Assembly: GCF_001194135.2 (NCBI RefSeq)
Contig: NC_068982.1
Coordinates: 99,783,269 to 99,847,268, forward strand
DNA from: Octopus bimaculoides
Lineage: Eukaryota
Direction: 5' to 3'
Length of the DNA: 64,000 nt
Each line of letters begins with the position of its first letter. Within the stretch, counting starts at the first letter, position 1. The notes beneath the pieces were generated by a model. The model was given only the letters and a program-made list of their open reading frames with translations. It did no database searches and was not told the origin of the DNA. Of the stretch, positions 39,223 to 54,193 are shown piece by piece. The translations under genes were made by a program, and so were the position numbers.

Positions 39223-39866
39223 TTGTATATAAGAGAAGGAGGGTAGGAGAAGGTATAGAGTAGCCGAGAGATAACATATAGGGGAAATGGGTTCTAAAAA
39301 AGATGTGGTTTCAGAATGATAATGCATGTTGTTTGGAAGAAAGGAGGAGGACAGACATATGGATACAGAAAGATTGGGGAGAAGGAGAACAAAATAGGAA
39401 AAAGGGGAAAAATGAGGAACAGTGAGTAATGAAGACAAGAATTCAATAAATGAATGTAGTATGGAAGTTTAAGAAAGAATGAGCTGACACTACCTAATCC
39501 AGTACAGCAGACGTCATGAAAGAATGAGAACAACAAGGTCATGGATATTATCTTGGGGTGGGAGAAGGTTGATAATTAAGCAAATGATTTTGATTAAGCA
39601 AGATTGAAAATATTTTCACTAACATAAGAAAAGCAAAACACTCTTTATACAAGAAATTTTTAAATAAGTATGAACAAATTTCTTGTAACTATAACATTAA
39701 CTTGAAAATGTTCTTTTATAGATTGAGAGTGAATGAATTGAAATTTCTGAAAGCCAAATATGCTGTTCATTTAAAATATTTTTACTGAAAAGAATATTCA
39801 CCATTGTGTGCAACAGGAAATTCTTGGCAAACAATTTCTACAATCTTGGTTCCATTTCCCAGATCT

Positions 39867-40197
39867 CTTTTACTCTTTTACTTGTTTCAGTCATTTGACT
39901 GCAGCCATGCTGGAGCACTGCCATTAGTCGAGCAAATCGACCCCAGGACTTATTCTTTGTAAGCCTAGTACTTATTCTGTCGGTCTATTTTGCTGAACCG
40001 CTAAGTTACGGGGACGTAAACACACCAGCATCGGTTGTCAAGCGATGTTGGGAGGACAAACACAGACACACAAACATATACATACACACACATATATATA
40101 TATATATATACGATGGGCTTCTTTCAGTTTCCGTCTACCAAATCCACTCACAAGGCTTTGGTTGGCCTGAGGCTATAGTAAAAGACACTTGCACACT
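39867..40197 (-). mobile_element. Family C SINE with extended 3' part; 5' end lost in the assembly gap
   Basis: CAGTTTCCGTCTACCAAATCCACTCACAAGGCTTTGG is the reverse complement of the 16.9 kb core. Confidence 0.8.
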
Positions 40198-40926
40198 NNN
40201 NNNNNNNNNNNNNNNNNNNNNNNNNNNNNNNNNNNNNNNNNNNNNNNNNNNNNNNNNNNNNNNNNNNNNNNNNNNNNNNNNNNNNNNNNNNNNNNNNNNN
40301 NNNNNNNNNNNNNNNNNNNNNNNNNNNNNNNNNNNNNNNNNNNNNNNNNNNNNNNNNNNNNNNNNNNNNNNNNNNNNNNNNNNNNNNNNNNNNNNNNNNN
40401 NNNNNNNNNNNNNNNNNNNNNNNNNNNNNNNNNNNNNNNNNNNNNNNNNNNNNNNNNNNNNNNNNNNNNNNNNNNNNNNNNNNNNNNNNNNNNNNNNNNN
40501 NNNNNNNNNNNNNNNNNNNNNNNNNNNNNNNNNNNNNNNNNNNNNNNNNNNNNNNNNNNNNNNNNNNNNNNNNNNNNNNNNNNNNNNNNNNNNNNNNNNN
40601 NNNNNNNNNNNNNNNNNNNNNNNNNNNNNNNNNNNNNNNNNNNNNNNNNNNNNNNNNNNNNNNNNNNNNNNNNNNNNNNNNNNNNNNNNNNNNNNNNNNN
40701 NNNNNNNNNNNNNNNNNNNNNNNNNNNNNNNNNNNNNNNNNNNNNNNNNNNNNNNNNNNNNNNNNNNNNNNNNNNNNNNNNNNNNNNNNNNNNNNNNNNN
40801 NNNNNNNNNNNNNNNNNNNNNNNNNNNNNNNNNNNNNNNNNNNNNNNNNNNNNNNNNNNNNNNNNNNNNNNNNNNNNNNNNNNNNNNNNNNNNNNNNNNN
40901 NNNNNNNNNNNNNNNNNNNNNNNNNN
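40198..40926. other. Assembly gap (N run); other large gaps at 21320-21577 and 31288-31571
   Basis: Runs of N, mostly flanked by (AT)n or SINE sequence. They could hide exons. Confidence 1.
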
Positions 40927-41131
40927 GAAAAATAAAACAAGTGCAGAGAGGACACTGCAGACGTGGTTTTGCAAGCAAGTGAACTCTACTAAAGTGTGCT
41001 GTGCAGTGCATGGGAATAAATCAGTAATTGTTGACATAGTAACACTTACACAAAATTGGCTATAATGGAAATTGATGAAACAATTGTAAATAATGTAGTA
41101 AAAGGAATTTGTTGACTCTATTCTTTGGTCC

Positions 41132-41163
<32 letters not shown>

Positions 41164-44149
41164 GATTGTGCAGTGACAGGAGAATGCAAGATTTCAGTTA
41201 TATTGTAGTTCATATGATTCAAAGTAGACTGAAGATAACTATGCTATAAATGTTGATAGTACATTGTCTCATTAATCTTGAATTATAGCATCAAAATTCT
41301 TTTGCAACAAGTCTAAACATGTTTACACATACAGCATCTTATGATTTACACATTGTTTTGGAGGCTCCTGAAATATTTTATTATTATAAGTTTGGCAAGT
41401 TTAATGTTACAGCTAGTTTTGCCTAATATGTATATCATGAATTTTATAGCTCTGACAGTTTTTACTCTTATCAACTAATCTATGATAAAGTGTATTCACT
41501 GCCATGCAAGTATCAAAAACACTGATAAGACTCTGGGGAGTTATAATATTTCAGTAAGCAAAATTGAAACCATTTCAAATGCTTTTCATCATTGTCACTC
41601 CACCCCTACCCCACGACTACCACCACCACTATCATTATCATTAATGGAACATGCTAAAAGGAATTAACAAACAGCTTTAATATTGGTTTCAAATTTTGGC
41701 ACAAGGCCAGTAATTTATGGGAATGGGTAAGTTAATTACATCAACCCGTGTTCTACTGGTACTTAATTTATCAATCCTGAAAGGTAAAGTCAAGCTCAGT
41801 GGAATTTGAGAAATGGTCTGTGTTATTGTTTTCATCCCTTCAATATAAATTGTAGCGTAAAGATATTCCTTAACCCTAGATCAGTCCAGACTGAACAATC
41901 GTTCCTTTTTTATGATGAGGTACAATTTGAGGGAGTTTACTTACTATTTCTAGCAAGTCAAGCAACCACACAGAGGCTCCTTTGTTGGTTCAAAGAGTGT
42001 CACAAGCTGGTAGGCATAGTGACATGTTGAGATAAAATTTCTAACAGTATTTAGTTTTAACTACCTACATTTTGAGTTCAAATCCCAACAATGTCAACTA
42101 CACTTTCATCTTTCGATGACAGAGTGTCAATAAAATATGTACCAGTAATACACCAGTGTCAATTCAATCAACTGTTATTACTTCTTTTAAAGAATTAGTG
42201 CTTAAGTGAGAGATCGATATTGATTTTAAATAAATAACATTTTTTTTTTTAACAAAAAATTGCTAGTTAACTTTTGAAGCTCCAAATGTAAAGTGTGTCT
42301 TGAGTCCCAGGATTCATAGTCTGTCTCAGGGTTACTTATTTACAACTGAGTGGGCTGGAGCAATGTAAAATGAAATGGTTTGCTCAAGAACACAAGACAT
42401 TACCTAGCCCAGGAATAGAGAACATGATCTTGTAATCTTGTGTACAACAGGTTAACCACTAGGCCATATGCCTTCAAAGGTTCTAAAAGAGAGGACACAA
42501 ATTCCTTGGGTTATATAAAGTAGTATTGGTTTAAGGTACCAGTAACTTAAGTAGCTTTTTCAAATGTCAAGTGCTGGGAGTTGGGTTGGAGTATTCAAGA
42601 ATGTAATTTTGACTCATTCTTTTTTATTTTTTTCAATGTTCTTTCTTGCTGTAATGTATTAATGAAACAAATGAAAACACGTGAAAGAAGAAATATTTAT
42701 TTACAGAGTACATTGAATTTGCCTTATGTGTCAGTAATATAATGGATGGTGTGGGGTATGGTGGCCAAGTAGCTAACATGTTAGGCTTATGACTTAAATA
42801 TCACAGGTTAAAATCTTATGATATATACCATGTCATGGAAGTGACTCAACTACAAAATAGGTATCAGTTCCACACTATAGGAATAATTGGTTTTAGGAGA
42901 ATCAAGTTATATTGCAGCTAAAATATCCAAATGTTTAAACTCAATTAACTAACATGAACATCATTGAATTAACTTCTATTTTTGATGTTGACATATTTTA
43001 GACTTTTCTGCTATTCAGTATCAACCTAAAGCATTTTTATAATGTGTCATCTCATAATGAAGGTGTCATGTTCACAGTTTTATCCTAACTACATGGTTTG
43101 ATTTTTCGTTTTCCTTCTTTTTCGAGTGGGGTGGGGGGCAGCTATTTTCCACAGTATTAAGAAAATAATACAAATGGTTCCCTCTGGCAGCTGTCATTAA
43201 TACAAGGGAGATAAACATCCCCTCATAACATGAGGCAGGATTAGTAATTTGAAATTAAGGAATACAAAGAAGAACATGCATAGGGTTCATATATTGAATG
43301 TTTTTATCTACTAAGAAGTGTGTAAATGGTGTGATGAACTTTCAATGCTGTGTCTACAATCCAGTTTCATTTCCTTATTGTAGGAATTTTCACTTATCTT
43401 ATATCAGTAATAGACTCAAAACTTCTGATTAATAAACATTCCACTGAAGTAAAAAGGAGATAATCTTCCTATTGATGAATACTGATAATTATAGTAGAGC
43501 AGGAAATACGGGTATTTGATAATAAACTACCCTTTTTGTCTTCTAATTTCTGTAATAATTCATAATTCCTGTTCACCTAAAATCACAAGTATTAAAAGCC
43601 CCTGTCTAGTACATGCATTAGTGTAAGTAGTTACATTAACATATCAAACTAATGTATGTATAAGACAAGATAAATCAGTACCAATAATAATTTATAGTTA
43701 ATATTACTGGCTGCTGTGAAACATTTGTTCTAATAATTCATGCACTAAATTAAGTGAGAACTGGGAAAGATGTAAAATATATTAGAATTATGGGGAGAAT
43801 ATTTGAAAGAGAGAGAGAGAGGGGGGAGGGAGGGAGAGAAACAAAGAGGAAAAGGAACAGAGATAGAAAGAAAGAATGGAAATGTGTAAGAGGTGTAATG
43901 ATATAGGACTATAGAGAGAAATGAGTTGGAGCCAATCTATTGGGTGTAGAACATGCATGTAAAAATGGAACACAAGTATGTTGGCAGAGCAGTTGGGCAT
44001 TAGTCAGCACGTATGTAAAAGGGACAACAGCACTGGCATAGACAGGTTATGGAAAATGGAGAGAGAGAAACAACTGAGTGGAAGGTGCTAACTGTGGAAG
44101 GACCAGAACAAATTCCACAAAGCATTTTTATGTGATGGTGCCACATAAG

Positions 44150-44295
44150 TAGTTTGTGTTAGGAAGAGCATCCAGCTCTGGAAACAACATTAAAACAGAC
44201 AATGAGACTTGATGTGACTCCTAGCCTTACCAGCTCCTGCCAAACCATTCAACCCATACCAGCATGGAAAACGGATGTTAAATGATGACGATAGT
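44150..44295 (+). mobile_element. Older family B SINE copy
   Basis: TTAGGAAGAGCATCCAGCT...CAACCCATACCAGCATGGAAAACGGATGTTAAATGATGACGAT. A tail fragment also occurs at ~58668-58703. Confidence 0.7.
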
Positions 44296-46177
44296 GATTC
44301 TGTCCAATGTTCTAACAATTCTAACAACCCACCTGGATTGGTACTTGTTTTTTATTAACCTGAGAACATAAAGAATTAGAACAAATGCTGCAAAGAATTT
44401 TATCAAGCACTCTAACAATTCAACTAATCCATGCTGACTGCTCTTTCACACACATACACACTCACAGATGTATACATACAACTGTTCCATGTGACCCAAG
44501 AATAGCTGACTAACTTACTTAACAGAAACTGGAGAGAAACACTCATCATACCAGCAGAAATGTTACAAAAACTCCAACAACATGGACAGGAAAACACATT
44601 ACATTTCACTTAGAAGGAGAGGTCTCCACAATTCAGGAAAATACCTGATTGAAAAGGAGGTAAAGAACTCTCTAATGCGACAGAAATTTTCATCTGTACT
44701 ATAACTATATCATAAGCAGCTGCCTGCAAGGTATTACTTTCTCATTAGACATAGAATTTTGTAGCCAAAACTATAAAGTTACCTGCAGGAAAAATTTTCC
44801 TGACAATCATATAGAAGGCATACCAGAACTAGAATGTATTCACACTTGAAAGTAAGAAATGCTGATGAAAGATTAAAAAAAAAAGTAACCCAGTGCAAAC
44901 ACAACAGACTTTCTATTATATGATGGGACAGGGAAAAAAAGTCATGCACTGTTGTGGAGGTTAGCTGTCAGCAGATATGAATGTCTTATCTGAAGTTGCA
45001 GAAAAAGAGAATATCTAGGGTAAATTAATCTATAGCCAAGCTACAGCACTTGTATCAAGGCTGTAGATTCTAATTTCTATCATCATAAGTAAATTGGGCT
45101 ATGAAGCAACAGATTTTCATAAATGCTCAGAGTTTTCCAAGAAAGAATAAAGTAAACTGGTTCACATCAACCAAATCCAATCAATTAGCAATACAGTGTA
45201 GATTTGTAAAACATTCTTGATTTGAGCTTCTTAGATTGAACATATATACACACTCACTTATGTTAATATGGTATACACACATATATAGAGTAATCACATA
45301 TACAGTCATGTACTAAAGAGACAGAGACATCTTTACATCAATTACAAACATATCAACAAATATACACAAATATATGCACACACTAACTCATTCACAGATT
45401 CACAAATGCCTTGAACTCCTTTGATTCAAAACAAAAGGGCTTTGTTTGTAACTAGCTTCAATTCAGCAAAGAACTTAAATAAATTACAAAAACAGAAAGA
45501 CAGACATACATACAAGAGGAGGTGGGGTTTTTTATAGAGATAACACATAAAAGAAATGTGGAAGTTACTAGGATTACATTAACTCCTTATAGAGGAAATA
45601 CTTTTAATAATACAGAATATTTCACATGAACATTTTATTTTTAGAATATGTGATTAAGGTAATAAACTGACAACTTGTAAATCACAAGTTCATATCCTGT
45701 AGTAGTTTTTACACAGTATTTTTGAGAGGGTAGGGCAATTATATTCTATTTTTTCCTACTTATCTTAGTTTACTTTACATGGAAGTTTAGTACCAGTTTG
45801 TCTAGAGGTTAATCTATGATAGAGTATCTCATCCAGAAGTAACTATGGTTATCATGAGTCAGTCTATGTTACAGAATCCAAGTAAAGATAAACTTTGGAC
45901 ATATGAGTCAACTATGACTAACTTCTATTACAAGAGAGTCTTTACAAAGTCAACCAAGTTGCAAGAAATAGCAATTAAATTACCTTCAAATCATACCCTA
46001 CTGATTTAATAAAGTAACGATACAATGGAAATGTAATCTTAGCCTGAAAAAAAAAAGACAATATGGTCACTTCTGCAATACCTTTGATCATAAATTTGCT
46101 ACATCAGGCCTGACCTAAATGCCAGTTTATGTTATTTTCTCCTCAGCTATTAACTGAAACTAAAGTGGGTTCCTCAC

Positions 46178-46207
46178 CCCTCATCACAAAGGAATCTTTA
46201 AATACTT
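46178..46207 (-). CDS. Candidate 30-nt microexon (phase 1-1): xVFKDSFVMR
   Basis: Acceptor tctctattgttttcactcccag|AA and donor GGG|gtgagg. Symmetric and in phase with the flanking exons. Confidence 0.4.
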
Positions 46208-49200
46208 CTGGGAGTGAAAACAATAGAGATCTAAACACATTGGCTTTTTTTTTTAGATAAACAGAATACATAAAACAAAACAAAAAAAGGAAATGATGAT
46301 AAAGCAAGTGAACTTTGAGCAAGATAACAGTGTAAAATGAAACTCCCACTTTCAATGTTAAACTGATATTATACAAGATTTTTATTTTCATTTAATTTCA
46401 TTTACAAGATAAGAAAGGTCAACTAAACAGAGACCACAAAATACACGTAAGATACACTACACATCACATTTTACAAATAAAAATAGTAACACTGCCATTT
46501 CAATATAATCTCTTACAAACTCTCTTTCTCTAGTTCTGTATTTTATATCATTCCTATCACTGTCATTAAAGTTTAATTTGCATGCTAGCATGGAAAGGTT
46601 GGATGAATCTGCTACATAGTATAACATCATTTGTCAAGATTCTTTTTGAGCAGACATGGAAATTGGCAGAGTCATTAGAGCAGCAGGTGATATGCTTTGT
46701 GGTATTCATCCCAGTTTCTTGTATTCTGCATTCAAATGTTGCCAAAATCAACTTTGACTTTTTGTAAAAGTACTATTCCAGGTGAAGTGGTGAAATTGTT
46801 AGACCATAAGAAGCTTTGAAACATTTGTTCCATCTCTTTACATTGTAAGTTCAAATTCTCACATGGTAGACTTAATTAGTCCCCCAGTTTAACACTACCA
46901 CCCAATCTTTGAGCATCTTTTGCAGACACTATTTTGTTGTAAGCATTCAGGCAAGATCTCTGGTTTGAAGATACCTTTCTCCTTTCCCTCCACCAGTACC
47001 AAAGATTCTGTAAAGGGTCTTGGACACTACTTTCACTCCTAACCAAGCAATGAAAAAATTTTAGAGATCTAACCTCACCATTTTGCAAAAGGTACATCTA
47101 CTGAAGAGAAATATCAAGGTATTCTCAAGTTTTTCTTCCTTGGTTCTCTGCAATGGATACATCTTTCCAAAATATAAACAAGGCCCTCTCAAGAATATAA
47201 AAGTTCATGCAAAACAAGATTGTGATAACTACTGATAAACAAGCTAAAAAAATTCAGAAATAATTACATAAAGATATTTTTCACTCTACATTTTTGTGTT
47301 CTCTGTATCTTTTCTAAAGTACACAGTGTTGTTGTAGAGAATACCCAGTCAACTTTACTTCAATAGATTTATGTTCTAGAAGTAACTGATCACAGAATCA
47401 TGTGATCAGCATTCAAGGCATAGTTATATCCTATTTATAGTGTAGGTAAGTACACTGTCTTAATATTTCAGACTTGTACAAGTAGTCTCCATTTCAAAGA
47501 CAGTAAAGAGATTGTTGAAGATTTGGCTATGTAGAAGCTTCACTGCTACTTTTAAGTGAACATATGTTGGACAAGCTGGCAAAATACAAAACAACACACC
47601 TCACCATGTATTTGTGTAAGGCTCTATTTTACTGAGGTCTCATCAAACTTCCTTACTCTACAAACCAAATGTTTATCAGTCTGTCTCTATTCCAGTCACT
47701 TTCCATTAATATCAAAGAAAAGATTTTCTACCATTTCCAAAATACTATATGCCAACAGAAATACAGGAATTGGACAAACTTTGAAATCAAACTGGTCTGA
47801 TAAAATTTACTTTAAGCTATGTGAACTTCCATATTATTAACAGAGTTAGAAAACAAACAAGAATTTAATTTAGATTTCACTTCTTTCCAGTGATGGAAAA
47901 ACAAGTGTAGAAAGGTAAATGAGTGGTTTATTTCTTTAAACAGGATGTTCTTTTTACAGAAAACAAATATGAAAATTGAAAACAAGGCGGAAGACTACCA
48001 TGTAAATATCTGCAAACAAGCATTCTGTCTGGCAGAATATATATAGACAGAGTGGAACAGAGTTTGAGTTGAGCGTTTCAAAACAAGGATTTCAAACACT
48101 GGCACAAGGCCATGAATTTCTGGAAAGAGGTGTAGTCAATTTAACCAACCCAATTTTATTACTGGTACTCATCAAACTTAGAAAGATGAAAAATAAAGTC
48201 AAAATGGTATAAATACAGCAAAGCATATTGTCCGGGACTCACCTATTCAGCTTTTCAAAATAATGGTTGCAGATATAGTAACCATAAAGCATAAACTAAT
48301 TATATTTTCATACTGGCATATACAGTTGACCCAATTGAGACTATAGCTATTTGTGAATAAATTCAAGTACAGAAGATGTGCTGAGAAGCTTCTATCCCAA
48401 AAAGAATGTTGATAACATTCAGTTGGAATGTTATAGCAACAATACTGCATTTCTTTCTGTTTTAGTTTTTGATCTTATTTCTTTTATATTTATATATAAA
48501 GGAAGAACTCTTCTGTACATAAAACAAGAGAAAGTTACTCTGAATAGAACGTAGAAAATATTTCAGTATTTTTTAATAAATAATTATGATGAAGAATGTA
48601 ACAGGGGGGTGGAGACTGACATAAATACAGGCACACACGTTAGATGCACGTGTGGGAACACAAATAGTGAAGCATTTAAAGATGCTACTGTACTACAAAC
48701 GAAACACAAAATATTTCAACAACCTAAATTTTCCTTTTATAGTACAAGATTATTTTGAGAAAATGTTTTATATAGATTACTATTCTGGCAACAGGTAAAC
48801 AGACAAATACAAATGCCCGTTGGTTAATCTAGCCATGTAATGTAATTTAAATACATTGAGAAAGGAAAAGAAATTTAAACCTAAATACAAGGTTTAGATA
48901 TTGAAATATTTACCTGTCATCTGAGGTGATTTAAAAGGATTTCTCATCAGACTTACAGTAAATGTATTCCTCACAGTAAAGCATTAAATGAACTCTATCA
49001 CCAAAGATAGTAGGAGAAGAAAGACTGTGTATGAGAAAGAGGCCAAACAGTGTAAAGCCAGAAAGCTTTGTAATCACAGCGGTAATGAGACTTCTAACTA
49101 TTTATGAAATGGGTTGGATTTCTGTCAAACTATCAAGTAACTCAAAACACAGGTAGAAGTAAAGGTAGAGGGAGGACAGAAAATGTAAGCTAGGAATGAG

Positions 49201-50640
49201 TGCACTGGGTTTCATTGATAAGTACCTTAGTAATAAGGTAAAAAAATTATATGCCACATGCTCTTTCAATATATGCTACTAGTTAGTAACTGGCATTGAG
49301 GAGAAAATATGCAAAAATTCAGATACACAGGACAAATAACAGTTAAAAGTGATTATACATTCTAATATAATCATAAAAGCTAAGCTATTCACCCTCAGAT
49401 AGAAATAACTATATATATGCATATAAGTGTATTGTGTGTGTGTGTGTGTGTGTGTACAAGTGCACATGCATGCATACAGGTTAATTACTTTAAACAATAT
49501 TTCAAGGTGAGTTGAAGAGATTACAATTTAAGAAGGTTATATACTTTTAATACGTTTTTAAAATCTTAAAAATGTTTAACACTCAATTTTAAAAGACTTG
49601 AACATACTTCAATTTTTTTTTTCTATACAAGTACAAATCTAATATTTTGTTTGGGAGAGTTGAGTAGAGTTGATAAAATCAGGTATCAGTGTATAACTGG
49701 TATTAATTATTCCTTAAAGCAATGTTTCTCATAGGAAGGATCCAGATCCCTCTAAGAGGGAACAGATGAATTGCCTACCATGTTTAGTAAATGAGAGAGA
49801 TTTTAACTTCATAAAACTAGTGCAGTACCATGGCAAAGATAGAAGAATTACATAACTGCAAGCTTTATTTTGTTTTTATATTAATAAAGAAGGAAGACGA
49901 CAAAAGATTCCATTAACATTTGTTGGGAATGCTGGGCTTTGTGAATTTGAGAACTACAACCTTAAAGCCAGCCTTGGAAGCATTTGAAATTAGAACATTG
50001 AGAAAATAAAACTACGTGAAGAAATAATGAAGTAATGGTAAAAATGTCTGGCACTATTGACGGTCAAAAGGTATCACTTTTTAATTACATAAATTTCATG
50101 TTTCTTCCATCAACTTAGATTAAGTTCACTTATGATGTCTTCTTCAGACAACCAAACCATGAATGTAGGTATCACAGTAGGTAAAATACTACCATAGTTT
50201 TATGTACAAACTTGTATGTAAGACCCTTTTAAGTTGTGTTTAAAATACCAGCTTGAAACACAATATATATATCTGTTTAGTAATGGCACATTTGAATATG
50301 GTTTGACAACAGAGCTACTAAAATGTGGCATAAACAAATATAGTGTAACAACCTAGAAAGTTTAAATTAATTTAATAGACTTCTTGCAAAAAGTAGGGAT
50401 GTGTAAAGCTGAATTCTTAAACCATTAACATGATACAAAAATTATATAAAAAGTATAAAATTAAAGTGAAATTATATCACAGGTCTTTCACACCAAAACC
50501 CACTATACAGATATGCCAATGCTATAGTATGTGGTCTAAGACACATAGTTAAGAAAATGTGATAAAGTAAAGTGCATTTAACTGGTTGGCAAGAAAGTTA
50601 CCAAGATATATATAACTTGATAAACATTAATAGATGCACT

Positions 50641-50671
<31 letters not shown>

Positions 50672-50815
50672 TCTCTCTCATTCCACACAACTACTGCATA
50701 CTGGAGATTACCAACAAGTGTTTCTTCTCTAAGGTAATTCATTACCTGTAACAAGTTAGATTAGAGAGGGATGATTTGACAACCTGGAGAATAGTAACAG
50801 AGAATAAAGACTCAC

Positions 50816-50875
50816 CAGCTCCTTGAGAATGTTTCATTAAGATCCTCATTGTAATGTATGACTTTGTGGTGCAAA
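50816..50875 (-). CDS. Candidate 60-nt cassette exon (phase 1-1): xCTTKSYITMRILMKHSQGA
   Basis: Acceptor aattaattttcactag|TT and strong donor CTG|gtgagt; open in phase 1. Could be a chance match. Confidence 0.3.
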
Positions 50876-52329
50876 CTAGTGAAAATTAATTCTAACATTG
50901 ACATGTGCACTCAATTCCGGTATTGCAACTTGGTTAAGCTTTACATTGTTTTTGATATTATTCCAACCAAAAATGCACAACTGCATCTGCATTCTCAAGG
51001 TCAAAACAAGCTACTAAGTACAGCTATTTAACAATGGCAGGATGCTATCTGATATTAACTTAGCAGGAAACTAGAAACATTATAATAAGAGAAATTATTT
51101 GTAATTATTGGCCCAAGAAAGGTGTGTATAATTGCATCCACTTTAGACTGGATAGTCTTGAACAAGACGCTAATCAATTTCTTTTGACTTGTTTGTCAGA
51201 CAATACAAAGAACTTTGAGCTATTCGGTCTTGACAGGTCACTCTAGCAAGCAATCTTATAAAATTCTGGACCTATTCACCTAAACAAGATCATTAAAACC
51301 AAGCAAAAGATTGGCCAACCACATATATACTTAGAATAAATAAGCTCATAGAAAAATTTCAGATTTTGGTTGCTCAACCTGCTACAAACAGCCTAATCTC
51401 CCTCAAATTACACCCTAACATCTCAAAACATGGAAGATATATTGGATAATATGACCTCTGATATACAAAAAGACGGGTTGGTCATGGCTAGAATGCCTTT
51501 GGTCATAAGTTTGCCAATCAGGGCTGACCTGAGAATATACAGTAACAACTAGTTGGCTTAGCAGAGAAAACATTTAATTTATTTTAATGTAATTTGTAAA
51601 ACATTTCTATAAAATATTATAACATGAAAAAAGATGATAGAAATCTATTTTCAGACCAGAAAATATTGATTTTGAAGTATTTGATTTATCCAGTTTGGAG
51701 ATAATGTAGGAGACATTATTTGGAAGGCAAAATGACATAAAATATGTTTTACTTTATTCATAGGTTAACAAAATAGTAAAATATTTATTTTATCCTTATC
51801 CATATTCTTTCATTTCTCGTTAAACCAATTGATTATATAGAATTCAGAATACTTTCTTTTTTATTCTTGTATTTTATCTCAGAGATTTGTCTATGAGCTT
51901 ATTCTAAATCCTTCCTTAGGCTAGCCAGACTATTTCTGCAATAAATTAATACTCAGTTTGCATTACTTGCTCACATCATTTTAATACTTTATTCTTCCCA
52001 TTTGATCACATCACTTAGATTGTCTTTCACTTCTTTCTTTCAAGCTAACACGAGTTAAACTTCTGCTAATATAGATATTTGCTGAAACTGTTGTTGTATA
52101 ATATTTTTCAACTTGAATGCTTTTCTTAATGCAAACCACTCTGTTAAGCAACTGATGGAGTAGCTATTTTCAGCCTGGTTAAGTGAGGTCAGTAATGTGA
52201 CTTGTCTAAAGCTACTATCCTTCAATGATGGTACAGCTTCAATAAGAAAGGCAATTTGGGTGAAAGTGATGTATCCAAGAGGCATACTTAGCAGCTATCT
52301 TAGTAATAGTAGACAAGCTAGCTGAGCAG

Positions 52330-52690
52330 ATACACACACCGACAGTACATACAACCTTACATACACCAATACACACACAAGTACACATATATCACTTACT
52401 TCATAGCTACACATAAAGCACTACGTATTCAAGAACATACTCGCATATACCACCTTAAACACAACTACACATACACCATTCACACTTCTACCACCACATA
52501 CACCACTATACAATTATATACACACTATTACACATGCAAATACTCATATTTTATTACTCATACAAGTATATATACATACACTATTTTACACGCAACTATA
52601 TATGCACTATTGTATACACCACTACATATACAAAACTACATATATACCATTACATACACCACTATACCACATACAACATGTGCACCACTA
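52330..52690. repeat. Degenerate AC-rich low-complexity tandem array (ATACACCACTATAC-like)
   Basis: Recurrent TACACCACTA/TACACACTA motifs. Confidence 0.7.
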
Positions 52691-54193
52691 CAAGCCAATG
52701 ACAAGGCTTTTATGTGATCACTAAACTTAATACTACACTTCACAGTTTTATGGAAAAAAAAAAAAGGAAGAAGCACATTGGACAAGGATGGCCATAGTTG
52801 GGATCACTTTCAATATGGGTTTGCTCAATAGAGCTGACAAAGGGCTGAACAACAACACACACCACTCTACATATATATACATGCCATTAAGCATCCTACA
52901 ATATATTTGAGACCATTATACACTCTACTACACACACAACCGAAAGTCATCACACCCACCAGAGATGCTAGAAAATGGATACTTGTAAAGAAAATATGAA
53001 ACTTGAGTGCAAGTGTACTATTAGGGTATTTTGAAGACCGTGTGTGTGTGTGCGTGTGAAAGAGAGAGAGAAGAGAGACCACACCATGTGCACACAATAA
53101 GTCTAGATTCAGCTTGCCTGCTAAAACGGCATACTTTGCCAAATTCAATATAGTTTAACATGAGTTGCCTATCTCAGTGAATGAAGCTCTACAATCATTG
53201 CTATTGACTATCAGAAACATCATTTGAAATCATAAAATTCAGCTCAATGATCCAGCAATTCACCACTCAACCATTGTGGCTCTTATTTGTGTTAACTTTT
53301 CTTCAAAAGTTTCGCCCCCTCTTCTTGGGTTGTATCATATTCGCTTTACTGTTTCATAATACTATTTCACTGCAGACACAATAAATCACACACCATCACC
53401 ATTTATATCATACTGGAACAGAGAACAAAACTCCTGATAACACACATACATACTCATACAAATGTTTCCTTTCTTTTGACATTCCAAAAAGGCCTTTCTT
53501 TTTACAAACAATAGTGCTTTTCTGAAAGTTCTGTGGGGTGAAAGGTTTGCAAATAGCCTGACTTATCATTTAAACTGGGAGGAGTTAGTTAGTTGGCTTA
53601 CAATAGAGATATGCCAGTTGGACTTGTCCTATTAACTTTCAGCACTTCAATTCATAACACAGAATTTAATCCAGTAGCATAATAGATAACACACAAATAC
53701 ATCATTGAATACATTTGTTTTTGATAGTAGTTGTTAAGGTTATACTAATTCAAAGATTAAATTGTACCTTTATCAATAGATCCCTATAATCATATGTCAT
53801 ATGCCCCAACCAGTTTTTTAACTGAAATGATTCTTGATTCTCTACCAACAGCTGCTTAAACCAATATATATTATTGAAGTTCAATGTACTAGAGTACAGG
53901 GAAATAAAGAGACATTTAATACTAATCACAAGAATAAAGATTAAGGAAGGACTATTATGTCAAGAGAATTACTTGTGAAAATTAAGTGAGAAAATATTAG
54001 AAAAAAATGGGAAATAATGAAAACCAAGTAGATCAGGAAGAGAGAGAAAGGAACTGGCCAATATAGATTTAACTAAGGAGAGAATAACTGGCAAGAGATT
54101 AAAAGACACGCCCATTCAAAGAACTCACACACTGAAGTGTACAAAAATAAGTTACATGATGATGTTAATGAGGGTTAGAAGTGATATACTTAC

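Noticed and set aside
40135-41037. Long ORFs of 250-300 aa in the track (also 21.2-21.7 kb and 31.2-31.7 kb)
   Set aside because: They consist almost entirely of translated N runs.
44645-44671. 27-nt symmetric microexon candidate (SSLPPFQS)
   Set aside because: Both splice sites are only moderate, which is within chance expectation.
47079-47100. 22-nt segment with a strong acceptor (ttgatatttctcttcag) and a gtgagg donor
   Set aside because: Phase 1-2 would break the frame of the supported chain and I found no compensating exon. RNA-seq could rescue it.
48243-48300. GTGAGT donor with a short upstream ORF (MLYGYYICNHYFEKLN)
   Set aside because: It abuts a decayed SINE end, its phase 2 does not fit the chain and the acceptor is poor.
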